From the NCBI GenBank assembly GCA_050251055.1, contig JBFWNL010000009.1:32001-96000 (forward strand): a stretch of DNA of 64,000 nucleotides. Direction: 5' to 3'. The DNA comes from Bacteriovoracia bacterium. Its GTDB lineage: Bacteria; Bdellovibrionota; UBA1018; JBFWNL01. The notes under the pieces were generated by a model that was not told the DNA's origin, ran no database searches, and saw nothing but the letters and a program-made list of their open reading frames with translations. Position 1 is the stretch's first letter; the number at the start of each line of letters is the position of its first letter. The position numbers were made by a program, and so were the translations under genes. Of this stretch, positions 50,731-61,600 are shown one piece after another.

Positions 50731-52107
50731 TTACCCTACGACCGACACGTCGTTTAGGAGCGCGAACTCGGGGCCGTAGTAGCCCACGCCGTGCGGACGA
50801 TCGTTCGCCATAAAAGTAGAAAACTCCGCGCTCTTCACGCACCGATTGGAAAGCCGCACGTTCGAAAAGTTTTCGAAGATCGATCCAGCTAACGAACCGC
50901 CTTTCAGGTACGTCACCGTACCCGCCACGTTATCGAACAGGCGAGCAAGACGAATCTCGCTGCCGAACGTACCGGTGGTCGGATTGGTGAAAAGGGCCGA
51001 GAACTGGAGAATCTCGAGCACCTTGGGGGCGGCCTTCGTCAGCTCTTCGTAGGTGGACTTACCCGGTTCAATGACCACGCTCCCGCGCGTAGTCGTGGGC
51101 CGAATCTTGAGGTAATCCGAGTACTGCTTGTCGGCGATGGTCGTGATGATCCTATTTTCGCGGACCAGCTCAAGCGGACGCTGTTCTACCCCCTGGTCGG
51201 AGATCGAGGTGGATCCCGCCGCGAGCTCGAACTGCGGATCCAGCTTCAACGTGAGCAAGTCGCCCTTCGCGTCCGGAATAAGCGCGTCACCCGGCTTTTT
51301 GAAGGGCAGACCTAAATAGGAGCTCGTCGCCGAAAGATACGGGATGTAATCGTTGCAGAGCGAAAGCAACACGTCCGCGCCGACGATCACCGGATAACTG
51401 CCGGTCTCGGGCTTTGCCACCTCGATCGTGCGTTCGGCCAGCATGGCCGTTTCATCGAAGAGCTTTTCAATGGAAAGGTCGTTCAAACCCACCGACCAAA
51501 CGCGCGTGTTGAACTCGTCGGAAACCTTCTCGGCTCCGCTTCCCTTTTCAGCCGAGAACGCCGCTTCAGAATAAATGCGCGAAGAACTTTGGCGACGCAC
51601 GAGCCCGTTGCTCAGATGCAACTCGCGATCGTGCACGGAAAGGAAGAGCTCAGCGGAGTTGAAGATAGCCCGACGCTTGGCGGAGGCGAAGCGCACAACA
51701 TCACGGGTCAAGTCATTCACGACCCGATTCAGGTCTTCGGACATCCGGGGGTCCGCCGTGCGTACCTCGGGCAACTTTTGCGGGACCTCTGCGGGCAAAT
51801 CCCACGCTTCCATATCGGTTTGCTGGGCGGCCGCCACGGCTGAATCGAGCTGGGGCCCGAGCGGCAAGAGCGGAAATAGGTTTTTAGCAATCTCGCCCTG
51901 GCGTCCCGGTTTTGGGAGCTTCACGAACAAGCGCACGGAGATGCTCTGCGATTCCGTGTCACGGTCTTGATCCACCGCCACGTGCCCGTCTTTCTCGGCC
52001 AGGAAGTATCGCTCTCGGCGATGGACATTCTCCTGGGTCACGACCCAAGCCTTCAGCTCGGGACGGCGGCTCAGCTCCGATTTCAACTGCGCGAGCGTCC
52101 ACTTCAT
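50731..52107 (-). CDS. TldE/PmbA-family protein
   Basis: TldD/PmbA-like C-terminal region, no HExxGH; coupled to tldD. Confidence 0.8.
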   Translation of the reverse strand: MKWTLAQLKSELSRRPELKAWVVTQENVHRRERYFLAEKDGHVAVDQDRDTESQSISVRLFVKLPKPGRQGEIAKNLFPLLPLGPQLDSAVAAAQQTDMEAWDLPAEVPQKLPEVRTADPRMSEDLNRVVNDLTRDVVRFASAKRRAIFNSAELFLSVHDRELHLSNGLVRRQSSSRIYSEAAFSAEKGSGAEKVSDEFNTRVWSVGLNDLSIEKLFDETAMLAERTIEVAKPETGSYPVIVGADVLLSLCNDYIPYLSATSSYLGLPFKKPGDALIPDAKGDLLTLKLDPQFELAAGSTSISDQGVEQRPLELVRENRIITTIADKQYSDYLKIRPTTTRGSVVIEPGKSTYEELTKAAPKVLEILQFSALFTNPTTGTFGSEIRLARLFDNVAGTVTYLKGGSLAGSIFENFSNVRLSNRCVKSAEFSTFMANDRPHGVGYYGPEFALLNDVSVVG

Positions 52108-53696
52108 CCGAGCACGACCTGGTCCATGAGCATGTAAGGCCCGCCCGATCCGGCGAATACGAGCTCTTTGTGGTATTTGCCGCAGCCGCCGGCATCATTA
52201 TAAGGGAAGCGTGCTTGGTCCGGGCCCGCGCGCTCGGCTTCGATCTTCGACTTGCCTAGGATGGAGTTCAGCACTTCGGGCGTATAACCCGTCATTTGAA
52301 TCTCCCCTCCCGTCGGCCCCTTGAAGAAACGACCGGTAAGCTTGCCGCCTTTTACTTCCTTCACGTAGGCCATGCCGACTTGGATACCCATGCCCTTGGG
52401 GTCTTCCATGCCGCCGGCCGGTCGCACGGCCAAGAAGCCATCTTCGATTTGCGCGAGCAGCTGCCCGTAAGTTTCCTCACCGGGGCTGAAATAGGTATTG
52501 GTCTGACGCGTATAAACGCCGCTCGCCCAGCTCTCGCGCTTGCCATTGGCCGTGCGCGGGACGCCCAAACGTACGGCCGAAGTCAGGTTCGTCATCGGCG
52601 GCTTGAGTTTACCCGATTCGAGCAGAACCTGTTCCTGCGCGAACCAGCCTTCCTCGTCGAAGAAGTAACTACCCCAGGCGGCGTATTTCTGATCGCCGTT
52701 CTCGTACATCGCGGGGTTATTCAAAATCGTGGCGTGCCGGTTTCCCACCAGCTCGCCTGAATGATAGAGATCCCACGCCTTGCTGCGACCGCGGACGCAC
52801 GTATCGCCTTCTTGCGAATGCCCAAACGCCTCGTGCGCGAGCACGCCGGATATACAAGGCGCGAAAAGCACGCGGTACTTACCCGGCTTCAGGCGCTCGG
52901 CGTGCTTCAGCCCATGTAGGTCACGGAGGACGTTCTCTAACTCCACCTCGGGTACTTCGATCACTTCGCGACCGCCGAGACCTCCGACGTAGAAGTAGCT
53001 ACGTTCTCCCCCCGAGCGTAAGGTCACGTTCGCGGCGAAACGGTACAACGTTTGGGAAAGGTTCACTTCGCGATCGATGAAGACCGTTTCTTCGAGATGG
53101 AACCGCTCCAAAGCGGAGCCGTAGGTGATGTCCTCGGCCTTAAGACCGAAACGCGGCGCCAACTCCTGGCAACGCGCGAGCAGCTGTTTCAACCGCGCCA
53201 AGCGGGCCTCGCCCGCGACGGCGTCCGGCGCGACGTCGAAGCGAATTCCGAAATGCACGGGAGTGGAAGCCTTCACGTCGGCGGGGACCTGCACGCGAAT
53301 CTCTTCCTCGAGAGGAAGGGCAAGGCGTTCGCGCCAGCTCGCGGGCCGATAGGGACGCCGCGGAAGTCCGCGGTAAGTCTCGTCCCCTTGGGCCGCGCGC
53401 ACGCGCGCGACCAGCTCATCGACGGCCTTGCGAAGCGCCGGGGCCTCGAGTTCGTCGGTGGCCTTTTCGTACATCGTGACGCCGTCGAAAATCCGCAGCA
53501 CTACGCCCATCGTGACGTTTTCGCTGACGTTGGTTTTCTTCAAATCGGCTTGAAAATAATTTGACGATTTGCATTCAAAATAGACGGAGCCGTACCAGTC
53601 GGGAGCAGCTTCTAGAGCCGAGACCAGGGGCGTTAAAGTCTCCCGAATTTTGACGGTTTCCGGGGAAAGCGGGGCGCGTTTAGTCTGCGAAGTCAT
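52104..53696 (-). CDS. tldD: TldD-family metalloprotease
   Basis: HEAFGH, FDEEG, NGKRES, RQTNT, GGCGK. Confidence 0.9.
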   Translation of the reverse strand: MTSQTKRAPLSPETVKIRETLTPLVSALEAAPDWYGSVYFECKSSNYFQADLKKTNVSENVTMGVVLRIFDGVTMYEKATDELEAPALRKAVDELVARVRAAQGDETYRGLPRRPYRPASWRERLALPLEEEIRVQVPADVKASTPVHFGIRFDVAPDAVAGEARLARLKQLLARCQELAPRFGLKAEDITYGSALERFHLEETVFIDREVNLSQTLYRFAANVTLRSGGERSYFYVGGLGGREVIEVPEVELENVLRDLHGLKHAERLKPGKYRVLFAPCISGVLAHEAFGHSQEGDTCVRGRSKAWDLYHSGELVGNRHATILNNPAMYENGDQKYAAWGSYFFDEEGWFAQEQVLLESGKLKPPMTNLTSAVRLGVPRTANGKRESWASGVYTRQTNTYFSPGEETYGQLLAQIEDGFLAVRPAGGMEDPKGMGIQVGMAYVKEVKGGKLTGRFFKGPTGGEIQMTGYTPEVLNSILGKSKIEAERAGPDQARFPYNDAGGCGKYHKELVFAGSGGPYMLMDQVVLG

Positions 53697-53815
53697 AGAC
53701 TAATGGAGGTAGCCCAAATCCCCGCGAATATCAAAAGCAGACTTTTGACGCCCTTAGCAGACTGCTTTAGTCCGCTTAGATCAAGGTGTTGGCAGATTCC
53801 GTCGAGAAGAAAGGT

Positions 53816-54901
53816 ATGGAACGGTCCATTTCCCTCATTGCTTTCGCGGGGATGCTCACGGCGTGGGGCATGAGCGGCTGTGCGAAGCCGGGCGATGAAG
53901 ATCTCTTGCGGCTCACTCGGCGCTCAAGCCATCTCTACCTGGTAAGTGGCGCCTGCTACGGCGGAACCGCGTCCGTCGCGAGCGGATCATCCACCGTCGC
54001 CCGCTACAGCATGTTTACCGGTACTTTCCAAGACGTGGTCTGGGACTACGCAACAGAGTCCCCGGGCGACGTTCCCGTCGGCATCGCCGAGCTCAACGAA
54101 GACGAGCTGCTGGTCACTGTTCATAGCTCCTGGGGCAACCGCATCGATCGCGTGGCAAAAGACGGCAGCTCGGCCACGCCGTGGCTAGCCAATGCGGCGT
54201 ACTTGACCGGAGATTTTCACGCGTTCAGCTTAATGGCCGACGGATCGCCGATTCTCACCCGGGGAAACGTCGGTGGCGTCGTGGAAAAGCTGACGACGGC
54301 CGGCGCTCGACTCGCGCCCACCGGACTAAGCAACAAGGCGTTCGTCGAAGGCCCCGTCGGCGCCGGCGGCTGCGGAGCCACGACCACGCTTTCGCGCGTG
54401 ACGGGCGCGGTCGCGCTGGATGACGGCAAGCTCATTCTGACCAACGCCGGAAATTCGCCGAACAACCGCTTGTTGATGGTTTCCGCCACGGGTTACGGCG
54501 CGAGCGCGAACTGCCTGGCCGCGACCCAAGTCGGGGCGTCCGCGAGCTCAAACCCCACGGCCTTGCTCCTTCACTCGAGCGGAAAAGTCGTGGTTGCCTC
54601 CGCCGGCACCCTGGGCGCGAACAACTATCTCCACACCTACGACGTCGATCCGGCTTCGCCCGCTTTCACGCAAGGCACGCGTGCATACCAAGACCCCGCG
54701 GTAGTGAATGGCGTGACGGCGCTGGCGGAAAGCCCCGTCTCCGGCGAGATTCTGGTAGCCAACGGCCAGCAAGATCTCAACACGATCGAAAAGTTTTCCT
54801 TTGACCCCACCACGCGCACCGCGACCCGCGTAGGCGCTCAGCCCTTCATTCCCGCCAGCGTCTTCACCCGCTGCGTGAGTGGGATGATCGTCGGCTATTG
54901 A
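53816..54901 (+). CDS. Beta-propeller lipoprotein
   Basis: Lipobox MSGC; repeated beta blades with paired Cys. Confidence 0.7.
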   Translation: MERSISLIAFAGMLTAWGMSGCAKPGDEDLLRLTRRSSHLYLVSGACYGGTASVASGSSTVARYSMFTGTFQDVVWDYATESPGDVPVGIAELNEDELLVTVHSSWGNRIDRVAKDGSSATPWLANAAYLTGDFHAFSLMADGSPILTRGNVGGVVEKLTTAGARLAPTGLSNKAFVEGPVGAGGCGATTTLSRVTGAVALDDGKLILTNAGNSPNNRLLMVSATGYGASANCLAATQVGASASSNPTALLLHSSGKVVVASAGTLGANNYLHTYDVDPASPAFTQGTRAYQDPAVVNGVTALAESPVSGEILVANGQQDLNTIEKFSFDPTTRTATRVGAQPFIPASVFTRCVSGMIVGY

Positions 54902-54913
54902 AAACCCCGCGCG

Positions 54914-55576
54914 CTACTCGGTTTCTTTCGTCTCTTCTTTCACCGGTAGAATCATCCCGGCTAGGTCTATCCGGATATCGCACAAGGTGACGAGCGGGCG
55001 ATAAACGCTGATACCGCCCCCGCGGCTCCGACGGGCCACGCGCTTTTTGAAACATTGCACATGGGTACCTCGGTAAGAGGGATGCCCCCAATTTCCGGGA
55101 TACTCCACGCCGTGCTTGGCAAGATGCTCATACAGGAACGTGGCCACATCCCCCTTGAGCTGCAGGAAAAAATCAGGGTCGGCGGCGTTCGGCGAGCAAA
55201 CCACGCCTTGGAACCGGATCTCCCGTTTCGGGTCGGTTAAGTCGCCGCGCATGCGAACATCATCGCGCTTCAGCAGGGTCGGAGCGCCCTGACGATCCAG
55301 AATCATCATCGCATAGGGCCGTGGGCCGTACTGGGTTTCCAAATCCGTCCACACGAGATTCGCCATCTCACCTAGCTGCAGTCCTTCCTTGAAGGATTTA
55401 GCGCCGCCCCAGCCCAGCTCGATGCGGATCGCACTTTGCTCGGAATCTTCCCAGTAAATCGCCGCCTCGGTGGCGATTCCTTCGCGACCCGCTTCCGCGG
55501 ACGTGGCCCGCACGCCCATCCCGGCACTCAAAGCCAAGCAAGCCATCACCACATTTAATAAGAGAGATTTTTTCAT
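54914..55576 (-). CDS. Secreted hypothetical protein
   Basis: MKKSLLL signal peptide. Confidence 0.65.
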   Translation of the reverse strand: MKKSLLLNVVMACLALSAGMGVRATSAEAGREGIATEAAIYWEDSEQSAIRIELGWGGAKSFKEGLQLGEMANLVWTDLETQYGPRPYAMMILDRQGAPTLLKRDDVRMRGDLTDPKREIRFQGVVCSPNAADPDFFLQLKGDVATFLYEHLAKHGVEYPGNWGHPSYRGTHVQCFKKRVARRSRGGGISVYRPLVTLCDIRIDLAGMILPVKEETKETE

Positions 55577-55684
55577 CGGCTACCCCTACGACTCATCCAG
55601 ACCGAAGTCAGTCGGGGCTACCTAGCAATTTCATTGCGCCGAGTCAACACCCGCGGCCGTCACCGCAAGGACTAGCGCCATGCA

Positions 55685-55942
55685 TTACTTTTGTTCCGTC
55701 TTCGGAAAACGCCCGTAGATGACGTTACCGGCGGAATCCACCGTGGCCTGTTCAGGCGCCTGAATACGCTTGCGGATTTCTTGCGAAAGTTCCGCCATCG
55801 TTTCGGCCACGGCGACGAACGCTTCTTGAGACACGTTGATCACGCTAGGGCCAAAGCTCAGATGCACTACTCCGCACCCACAAGCACGAACATAGAATTG
55901 ATCTGTATTCGTCATTACGCATGGACCACCGTGATTGCTCAT
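55685..55942 (-). CDS. Small CxC-His protein, possibly metal-binding, under a Fur-type box
   Basis: AAGGAG RBS before ATG 55942; RACGCGVVHLSFG. Confidence 0.65.
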   Translation of the reverse strand: MSNHGGPCVMTNTDQFYVRACGCGVVHLSFGPSVINVSQEAFVAVAETMAELSQEIRKRIQAPEQATVDSAGNVIYGRFPKTEQK

Positions 55943-55984
55943 GAGAAACACTCCTTAAATGTAGCTTTACAAGCAGCACCAAAG

Positions 55985-56001
55985 ATGAGAATGATTCTCA
56001 T
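55985..56001. promoter_or_regulatory. Fur-type box
   Basis: Perfect palindrome ATGAGAAT-G-ATTCTCAT between divergent genes. Confidence 0.75.
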
Positions 56002-56083
56002 TATTAATGAAAGCCGTTTCGAGGTCAAGGATATTCCTCCGGGTTGTCTTGGCTGACGGCGAGTTTATAAAGAAGAGGAGCCT

Positions 56084-57061
56084 ATGAATTATCTGCCTAC
56101 TCTAATGATGGCTTTCGCCGCCGTCGTTTCCGTCAACCATGCAAACGCGGCCGACACGCAACTCGAACGCGGCCTGAGCGCCCTCAAGAGCATGACCGGC
56201 TGTTACCTCGTGGACTACAGCTACACCGAAACCGAGTCCCTCAAGGAAGGTTACGAGCGCGACAAACGTGTTTACGACGTCAATCAGGACAAGTCGGTAA
56301 AGGAATGGGTCTTCGCCGATAGGGTTTCCGACACCCGTGTGCGCATGCAGCACGTGCTGTTCGCGACCGACCTGAACGGAAAAATTTTCGACGGCGCGTT
56401 TCTGCGCCACACCGGCGAAGACTGGGAATACGATGCACCTTTCTTATATGATTACCAAGGCCCGCTCGTTTGGAACGTGAAGGACCTTAAGGAAAGCAAA
56501 GGTAAATGGACCCGCCGCGTGACGAACCTCGACGACGGCCTACGTTACCAGTGCGCCGCCGCCTGGGAAATGGGCACGGCGTACCCGGAGTGGACATGCG
56601 ACGGTTACGCGCCCATTCCCGGCCGCGAAACCCGCGACATGGGCCGCAAAGACTACAACACGCTTCAACGCTCCACCCGCATCGTCGCTTATGGCACGAA
56701 CTGGCTCGAGCGCCAGGCCAACACGAAGATCATCCACGGCAAGGACAACTCCCGCACGCCGCTCGCCAAAGAACTGGGGAAGAACTGGTACGTTCGCCTG
56801 CCTGACTCCGAATGCGCGCCGGCCGTGAAATTCATCGAACCGCAGCTTCCCTTCTGGACGCTCGTGCGCGAAACCTGGGATGAAGTATTCACCGGAGATC
56901 GCCCATTCATCGAAAAGGTGCCACAAGCCGCGCCCCCTCGCTTCATCCGCGTGATGGAACTCGAGGAAGAATACGCAGCGAAGGACCTGAAAAACCCCGA
57001 CGTGCGCAAAGCCGCGCGGGCGGAGCTGCTGAAGATCATCGCCGATTACCGTAGCAACTGA
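56084..57061 (+). CDS. Secreted DUF6607-like protein
   Basis: Signal peptide; ALKSMTGCYLVDYSYTET, MQHVL, DDGLRY, PGRE...RKDYN. Confidence 0.75.
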   Translation: MNYLPTLMMAFAAVVSVNHANAADTQLERGLSALKSMTGCYLVDYSYTETESLKEGYERDKRVYDVNQDKSVKEWVFADRVSDTRVRMQHVLFATDLNGKIFDGAFLRHTGEDWEYDAPFLYDYQGPLVWNVKDLKESKGKWTRRVTNLDDGLRYQCAAAWEMGTAYPEWTCDGYAPIPGRETRDMGRKDYNTLQRSTRIVAYGTNWLERQANTKIIHGKDNSRTPLAKELGKNWYVRLPDSECAPAVKFIEPQLPFWTLVRETWDEVFTGDRPFIEKVPQAAPPRFIRVMELEEEYAAKDLKNPDVRKAARAELLKIIADYRSN

Positions 57062-58689
57062 GGCAGCGGCTGCATGCGGTCGCCCAGCACGGCTGCCGTG
57101 AAGGTCCCTGTACGCGGGCTGACATAGTTGGGGTCGATTCCTGAACGGAAAACGTTGTTGCCGTTCGCGTCCACTGGGATCACTAGATTCGCGTAGCCGT
57201 TCGCTACGCCGCCGGGGTTGGCATAGTCTTCCGGCGCCAGGCCCATCGCCCGCATCACGCTCACCCACCAGCGCTGCAGCGGCAGCCCCGGGAAGGAACG
57301 AGCCCAACTGACGTCCGCCTCATTTTCCACCACGTGGTTATCGAGGTTGCGAAAGTCGTGGTATTGGCCCGTGTTCAGGCGACCACCGGCGCTGCCAAAG
57401 GACATGAGGAAAGCTTCGCGCTGAAGGTGGGTCGTAGGCCCCGCCTCGTTTTGATAGACCACGAGCGATTGATCAAGTAGCGAGCCTCCCGCACCCGACG
57501 GCATGCTGTCGAGGGTCTGCAGCAAGGGTTTGAGCAGATACTCGAACACTCGCCGCTGACTCCGCACGTAGATGCGTTGACGTTCGGGATTCGTGTGGGC
57601 ATGAGCGATGTGGTTATGGAAATCGGAAGAACCGATTTCCGAATTCGTGCTCATCGTGTCAGGGATGCCGATCGTGGCGATGCGGGTCGCCCCGCAGCTG
57701 AGGGCGATCGTGATGATCTCGATCATGTGCTGCCAATAAAGCGCCGTGTAGGTCGGATCATAGTACGCTTCGTTCGGATCGTAGTTGACGCGCTGATAGC
57801 GGGAGCGCGGCATGGGCTGACACGTGAAGGTCGTTGGCGCCAGGCGGCGCTGCAGGTCCGTAAGGAGCGAAACGAACTGGTCGATGCGGTTACGATCTTG
57901 GCCGCTCATGCGCGCCGCGGGACCATACGCGCTGCGGGTTACCCGCCGATAATCCTCGAGCACCCGGTCGATCAAGAAAGTCCGGTTCGGCGCGGCTTGC
58001 CCCGAGGTATCCGGAAAGAGCGCATCAAACAGCTCGTTCGGCCAGTAATACTGCCCGGCGCGGGTGGAGGGGTTGGCCGGCGCGAAGGACATACTCCAAC
58101 GTCCCAACCCTACCGTCCGTAGCCGAGGATTTTGCGGATAGAATCCAGGCGCGGCGGCGATCGTGTGGTCGAGCGACTGCACAAACGGGCCGATACCCGG
58201 CATGCGATTGGGCTCTCCGTTCGTGTAGGTCTGGTTGCCCAAGAACTGTCCCACCGAGTGCTCCGGGTTAAACAGCTGGTCCACGCCGCGATACATATTC
58301 ATGCGCGTGAGATAAGGATTCATGAAACTGCCCAACATCCGCGATAGGCGCGCCTGGCCCGCGTCGGGGTCCGCCTCCGGATTTCCGAGGGGGCTATTAT
58401 CCACGGTTTTCAGATTGTTCAGCTCACCTTTGCGCACGTAATAGTTCGGATAGAGGAGACTCTCGGAAATGCCCCCGATCGCTCCGCGCGTGTACTGGGT
58501 GGCCACCGCGTTGGGATAAAAATTCACGGGATGGAAACCGCCGTGCCCCTGCGCGGTGTAAATGAGTGCACGGGGAGGGCCGTCCGCTGCCTCCGCTCGA
58601 GTCAGGAGCGAGGGTAGAAACGGGAGGGCTAGGGTCGCCCCGCCCACTCCCTGCAAAAAATGCCGCCGAGAAAGCTTCGTTTGCTTCAT
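57046..58689 (-). CDS. Tat-exported DUF1552-type protein
   Basis: SRRHFLQGVGGATLALPFLPS; SLDH, ALSCGATRIAT, FHNHIAH, SLLDQSLV, GSAGG. Confidence 0.85.
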   Translation of the reverse strand: MKQTKLSRRHFLQGVGGATLALPFLPSLLTRAEAADGPPRALIYTAQGHGGFHPVNFYPNAVATQYTRGAIGGISESLLYPNYYVRKGELNNLKTVDNSPLGNPEADPDAGQARLSRMLGSFMNPYLTRMNMYRGVDQLFNPEHSVGQFLGNQTYTNGEPNRMPGIGPFVQSLDHTIAAAPGFYPQNPRLRTVGLGRWSMSFAPANPSTRAGQYYWPNELFDALFPDTSGQAAPNRTFLIDRVLEDYRRVTRSAYGPAARMSGQDRNRIDQFVSLLTDLQRRLAPTTFTCQPMPRSRYQRVNYDPNEAYYDPTYTALYWQHMIEIITIALSCGATRIATIGIPDTMSTNSEIGSSDFHNHIAHAHTNPERQRIYVRSQRRVFEYLLKPLLQTLDSMPSGAGGSLLDQSLVVYQNEAGPTTHLQREAFLMSFGSAGGRLNTGQYHDFRNLDNHVVENEADVSWARSFPGLPLQRWWVSVMRAMGLAPEDYANPGGVANGYANLVIPVDANGNNVFRSGIDPNYVSPRTGTFTAAVLGDRMQPLPQLLR

Positions 58690-58690
58690 A

Positions 58691-61600
58691 TTAAGGAGCC
58701 CCACCTTTTCGAAGTTTGAAGTGCGGATGCGTGGCGATCGCCCGCATCACCGACTTGATGTCGCGCTGGCCGCCCTGGGTCGCCTGTTGAAACATCTGCT
58801 GTACCATGCAGGCATCCCCGCCCGTCAGGTCTTCCGACTTGCGGAAGCTGTAGCGAAACCACTGACGCGAGAAGCACGCCTCGCCCTTGAGCGAATCGGC
58901 GATCATCCGTGAAAGCGTGACCCCATCCATTGAGGTTCGACTATCCTGGCTGAAGATCAGTGGAATCGTGGCCGAGTCCACTGTCGCCCGGCGCAGCTCC
59001 ATCCCCGCTTGCCCACTTGTATCCGAGTAATAAACTATTTCCTGCTCCCGGTCGCGTCCGAAAGAATCGTAATTCTCCAGTGCAAATCCGAGCGGGTTGA
59101 TCTGCGTCGTGTGACAGCCGGCGCAAGCGGTACCAGGAATCTGCGTAATCGCCTCGACGTACTGACGGGTGGTTTGATCCGGCGTGATCATCGCGGTCGC
59201 CGGAGTATTGTTATCCGCGGGCGGAAGCAGCGTATCGCAAAGAATGCGACGGCGAATGTCAGCGCCTCGGATAATTGGCCGGGTCTTGGCCGAACCCGTG
59301 AACGAGGTCTGCGCACGCGTAAGGATGCCCGCGCGAGTGCCGGCGGGGAACCTAACGAGGTTGGTCGGCGACCCACCCCACGGAGCGACGTTATAGATCG
59401 CCGAGGCGAGGTTTCCGGCGCGGGCGAACGAGGCATCCGAAAGCAGGAGGTCGCGATAAGTGCCTTGGTTCGCGAAGTAGTGGCCGGTCAGACTGTACAT
59501 CTCGTCGATCATCTCCTGGCGAACGGACGCCATGTTAATGCCGCTCACCTGCAGGGTCGCAATGAAGGATTGAGTGGAGGGAAGATTGTTGATTGCCGGG
59601 GTATCTTCCAACTTCAGCCATTCATTAAAGAATGTACGCACGCCAGTCACGGTCTTCGCGGAGCCGACCACCCGATCCAGCTGGGCGGCAAAGCCCGCGG
59701 TGGTCAAAAGGCTGCCGTCCGCCGCCGCGGCGAAAAGCGCGGAATCCGGCATGCTCTGCCAGAACGTGTACGAGAGACGCGCAGCGATCTCGTAACCCGT
59801 CAACGGATAGAGATAGCTCGTTCCCGCCTGAGCGTTGGCGCCATTTTCGAAGTGATGCAGGAAATAGGGTGTCGTCAGCATTACGACGAGCGTATTGCGA
59901 AACCCACCATTGCTCGCGTCGTTGAAGATGCCTTGCAGGTAACTAAGATCATCTGGCTCAAGCAGCGGCCGACGATACGTAAGGCGGCCCACCTCGCGCA
60001 AGAAGGCGTCCCGGCAAGTCGCGGAAACCGGGATCGTCGTGGCGCAGGCGCCGCCGATCTTTTGGAGCTTGGCGGCGGTGTTTGTGAGTTCGGTCGCGAT
60101 GATCTCCGCCGCTTCGAAATACTTATCCACGTGGAGCGCGGTCAAGGACTCATCCATGCCGGCCATGGTCGAATGCGCATCTTTGGGGATAGATCCGATC
60201 GGCGCTCCCGCGGCGTTCATGGCGGCCGCTATCTCCGTCTCGGTATAGGCTTTCGTCCGCATGAGATCTTGGAGCGAGTTCACGTATTCCACTTTCTTCA
60301 GTCGCTTGAGTACGCTCACCGACGGCTCCGCCGTAGCGTTACAAGAAAACCCTTGGTGCGTCGGGAAATCCCCCATATCTGGGCTCGCAGTCATGCCGTT
60401 GATCCAATTACTGAGCTTCGCCGCCTCCACCTCATTGAAGGTGCCCAGCGCGGGCGGCATATTCGCGGCTCCGGAAGTGCCGACAAAGCGCGTGCGCTGC
60501 ACGAGGCGCGAGCCCGCGGCGTTGCCCGCTACCACGAGGCCAGAAGCGACAAACTCCGCCTCGGTCGCGTAGTCCAGACGCGCGGAAGGCACACTGCCCG
60601 CGGGATTGTGACAACTCGTGCAGTACGTCTGCAAAACCATGCGGGCCGCCTCGAACCGATCCACCGGCAGCGTGATCGTGACGTTCACGGTGGCGGTAGC
60701 GGTCAATCCACCCGAATCGCGAATCGTATACTGGAAAGAGTCCGCCCCGCTCGCGGACGCGCCCGCCGTGTAAGTAACGGTCGAAGCGCTGATCACGGTC
60801 GTGCCCTTGGTGGCGCCCGTGGCGCTCACCACCTGAATGGCTTGACCGTCCGGGTCGGAGTCATTTGTCAGCACGTTCACGGTAACACTCTGCCCCTGCT
60901 CCACGGCCGTGGCGTCATTCAGGGCGATCGGCGCGCGATTGGGCGGGAGGGTCACCACGACCGAGACCGTCGCCGTCGCGGTTAACCCTAGCGGATCACG
61001 CACGGTGTAGGTGAAGGCGTCCGTGCTCGCGAAGTTCCCGCTCGGCGTGTAGACGATATTCATGCCGGAGATCGAGATCGTGCCGCGACTAGGGTTCGTT
61101 GCCGAGCTGATCGTCAGCGAATCGCCGTCGGGATCCGAGTCGTTCGCCAACACCTGGACAGAAACGCTTTGGCCGTACACCACCGTCGAAGCGTCGTTCT
61201 GGGCGACGGGCGGCCGATTCGGATTCGCGGAAATATTTACCGTCACCGTACCCGTAGCGGTACCGCCGCGGCCGTCGGAGGCCACATACGTGAACGTGGT
61301 GCTGACATTGGGAGTGGCGGGCGCCAGGTAGCTCACTTGCGAGCCCGAAATCGCCGCCGTACCCCGGCCTGGCGCGGTGATACTCATTAACGTCAGGGCG
61401 TCGCCGTCAGGATCCGAGTCGTTCGCCAATACGGAAATCAGGATGGCTTGCGAGGGCAGCACGGTGACCGTGTCATTTACCGCGACGGGGGCGCGATTAG
61501 GTAGCGGAAGAATGGAAACTGTGACCGAAGACGTGGCGATTTCTCCGCGGCCGTCGGAAATCGTGTAGCCGAATACGTCTTCTACATTGGCGAGACTGCC

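Noticed and set aside
53781-53808. Possible sigma28 promoters (TCAA-N16-GTCGAGAA here; similar GCCGAAAA at 14608 and GTCGATAA upstream of 11175)
   Set aside because: Spacing is off consensus and the matches are short; cannot be supported without a PWM or TSS data
59009-60985. 658-aa + strand ORF
   Set aside because: Antisense shadow of the DUF1592-type gene; Arg-rich non-protein-like composition
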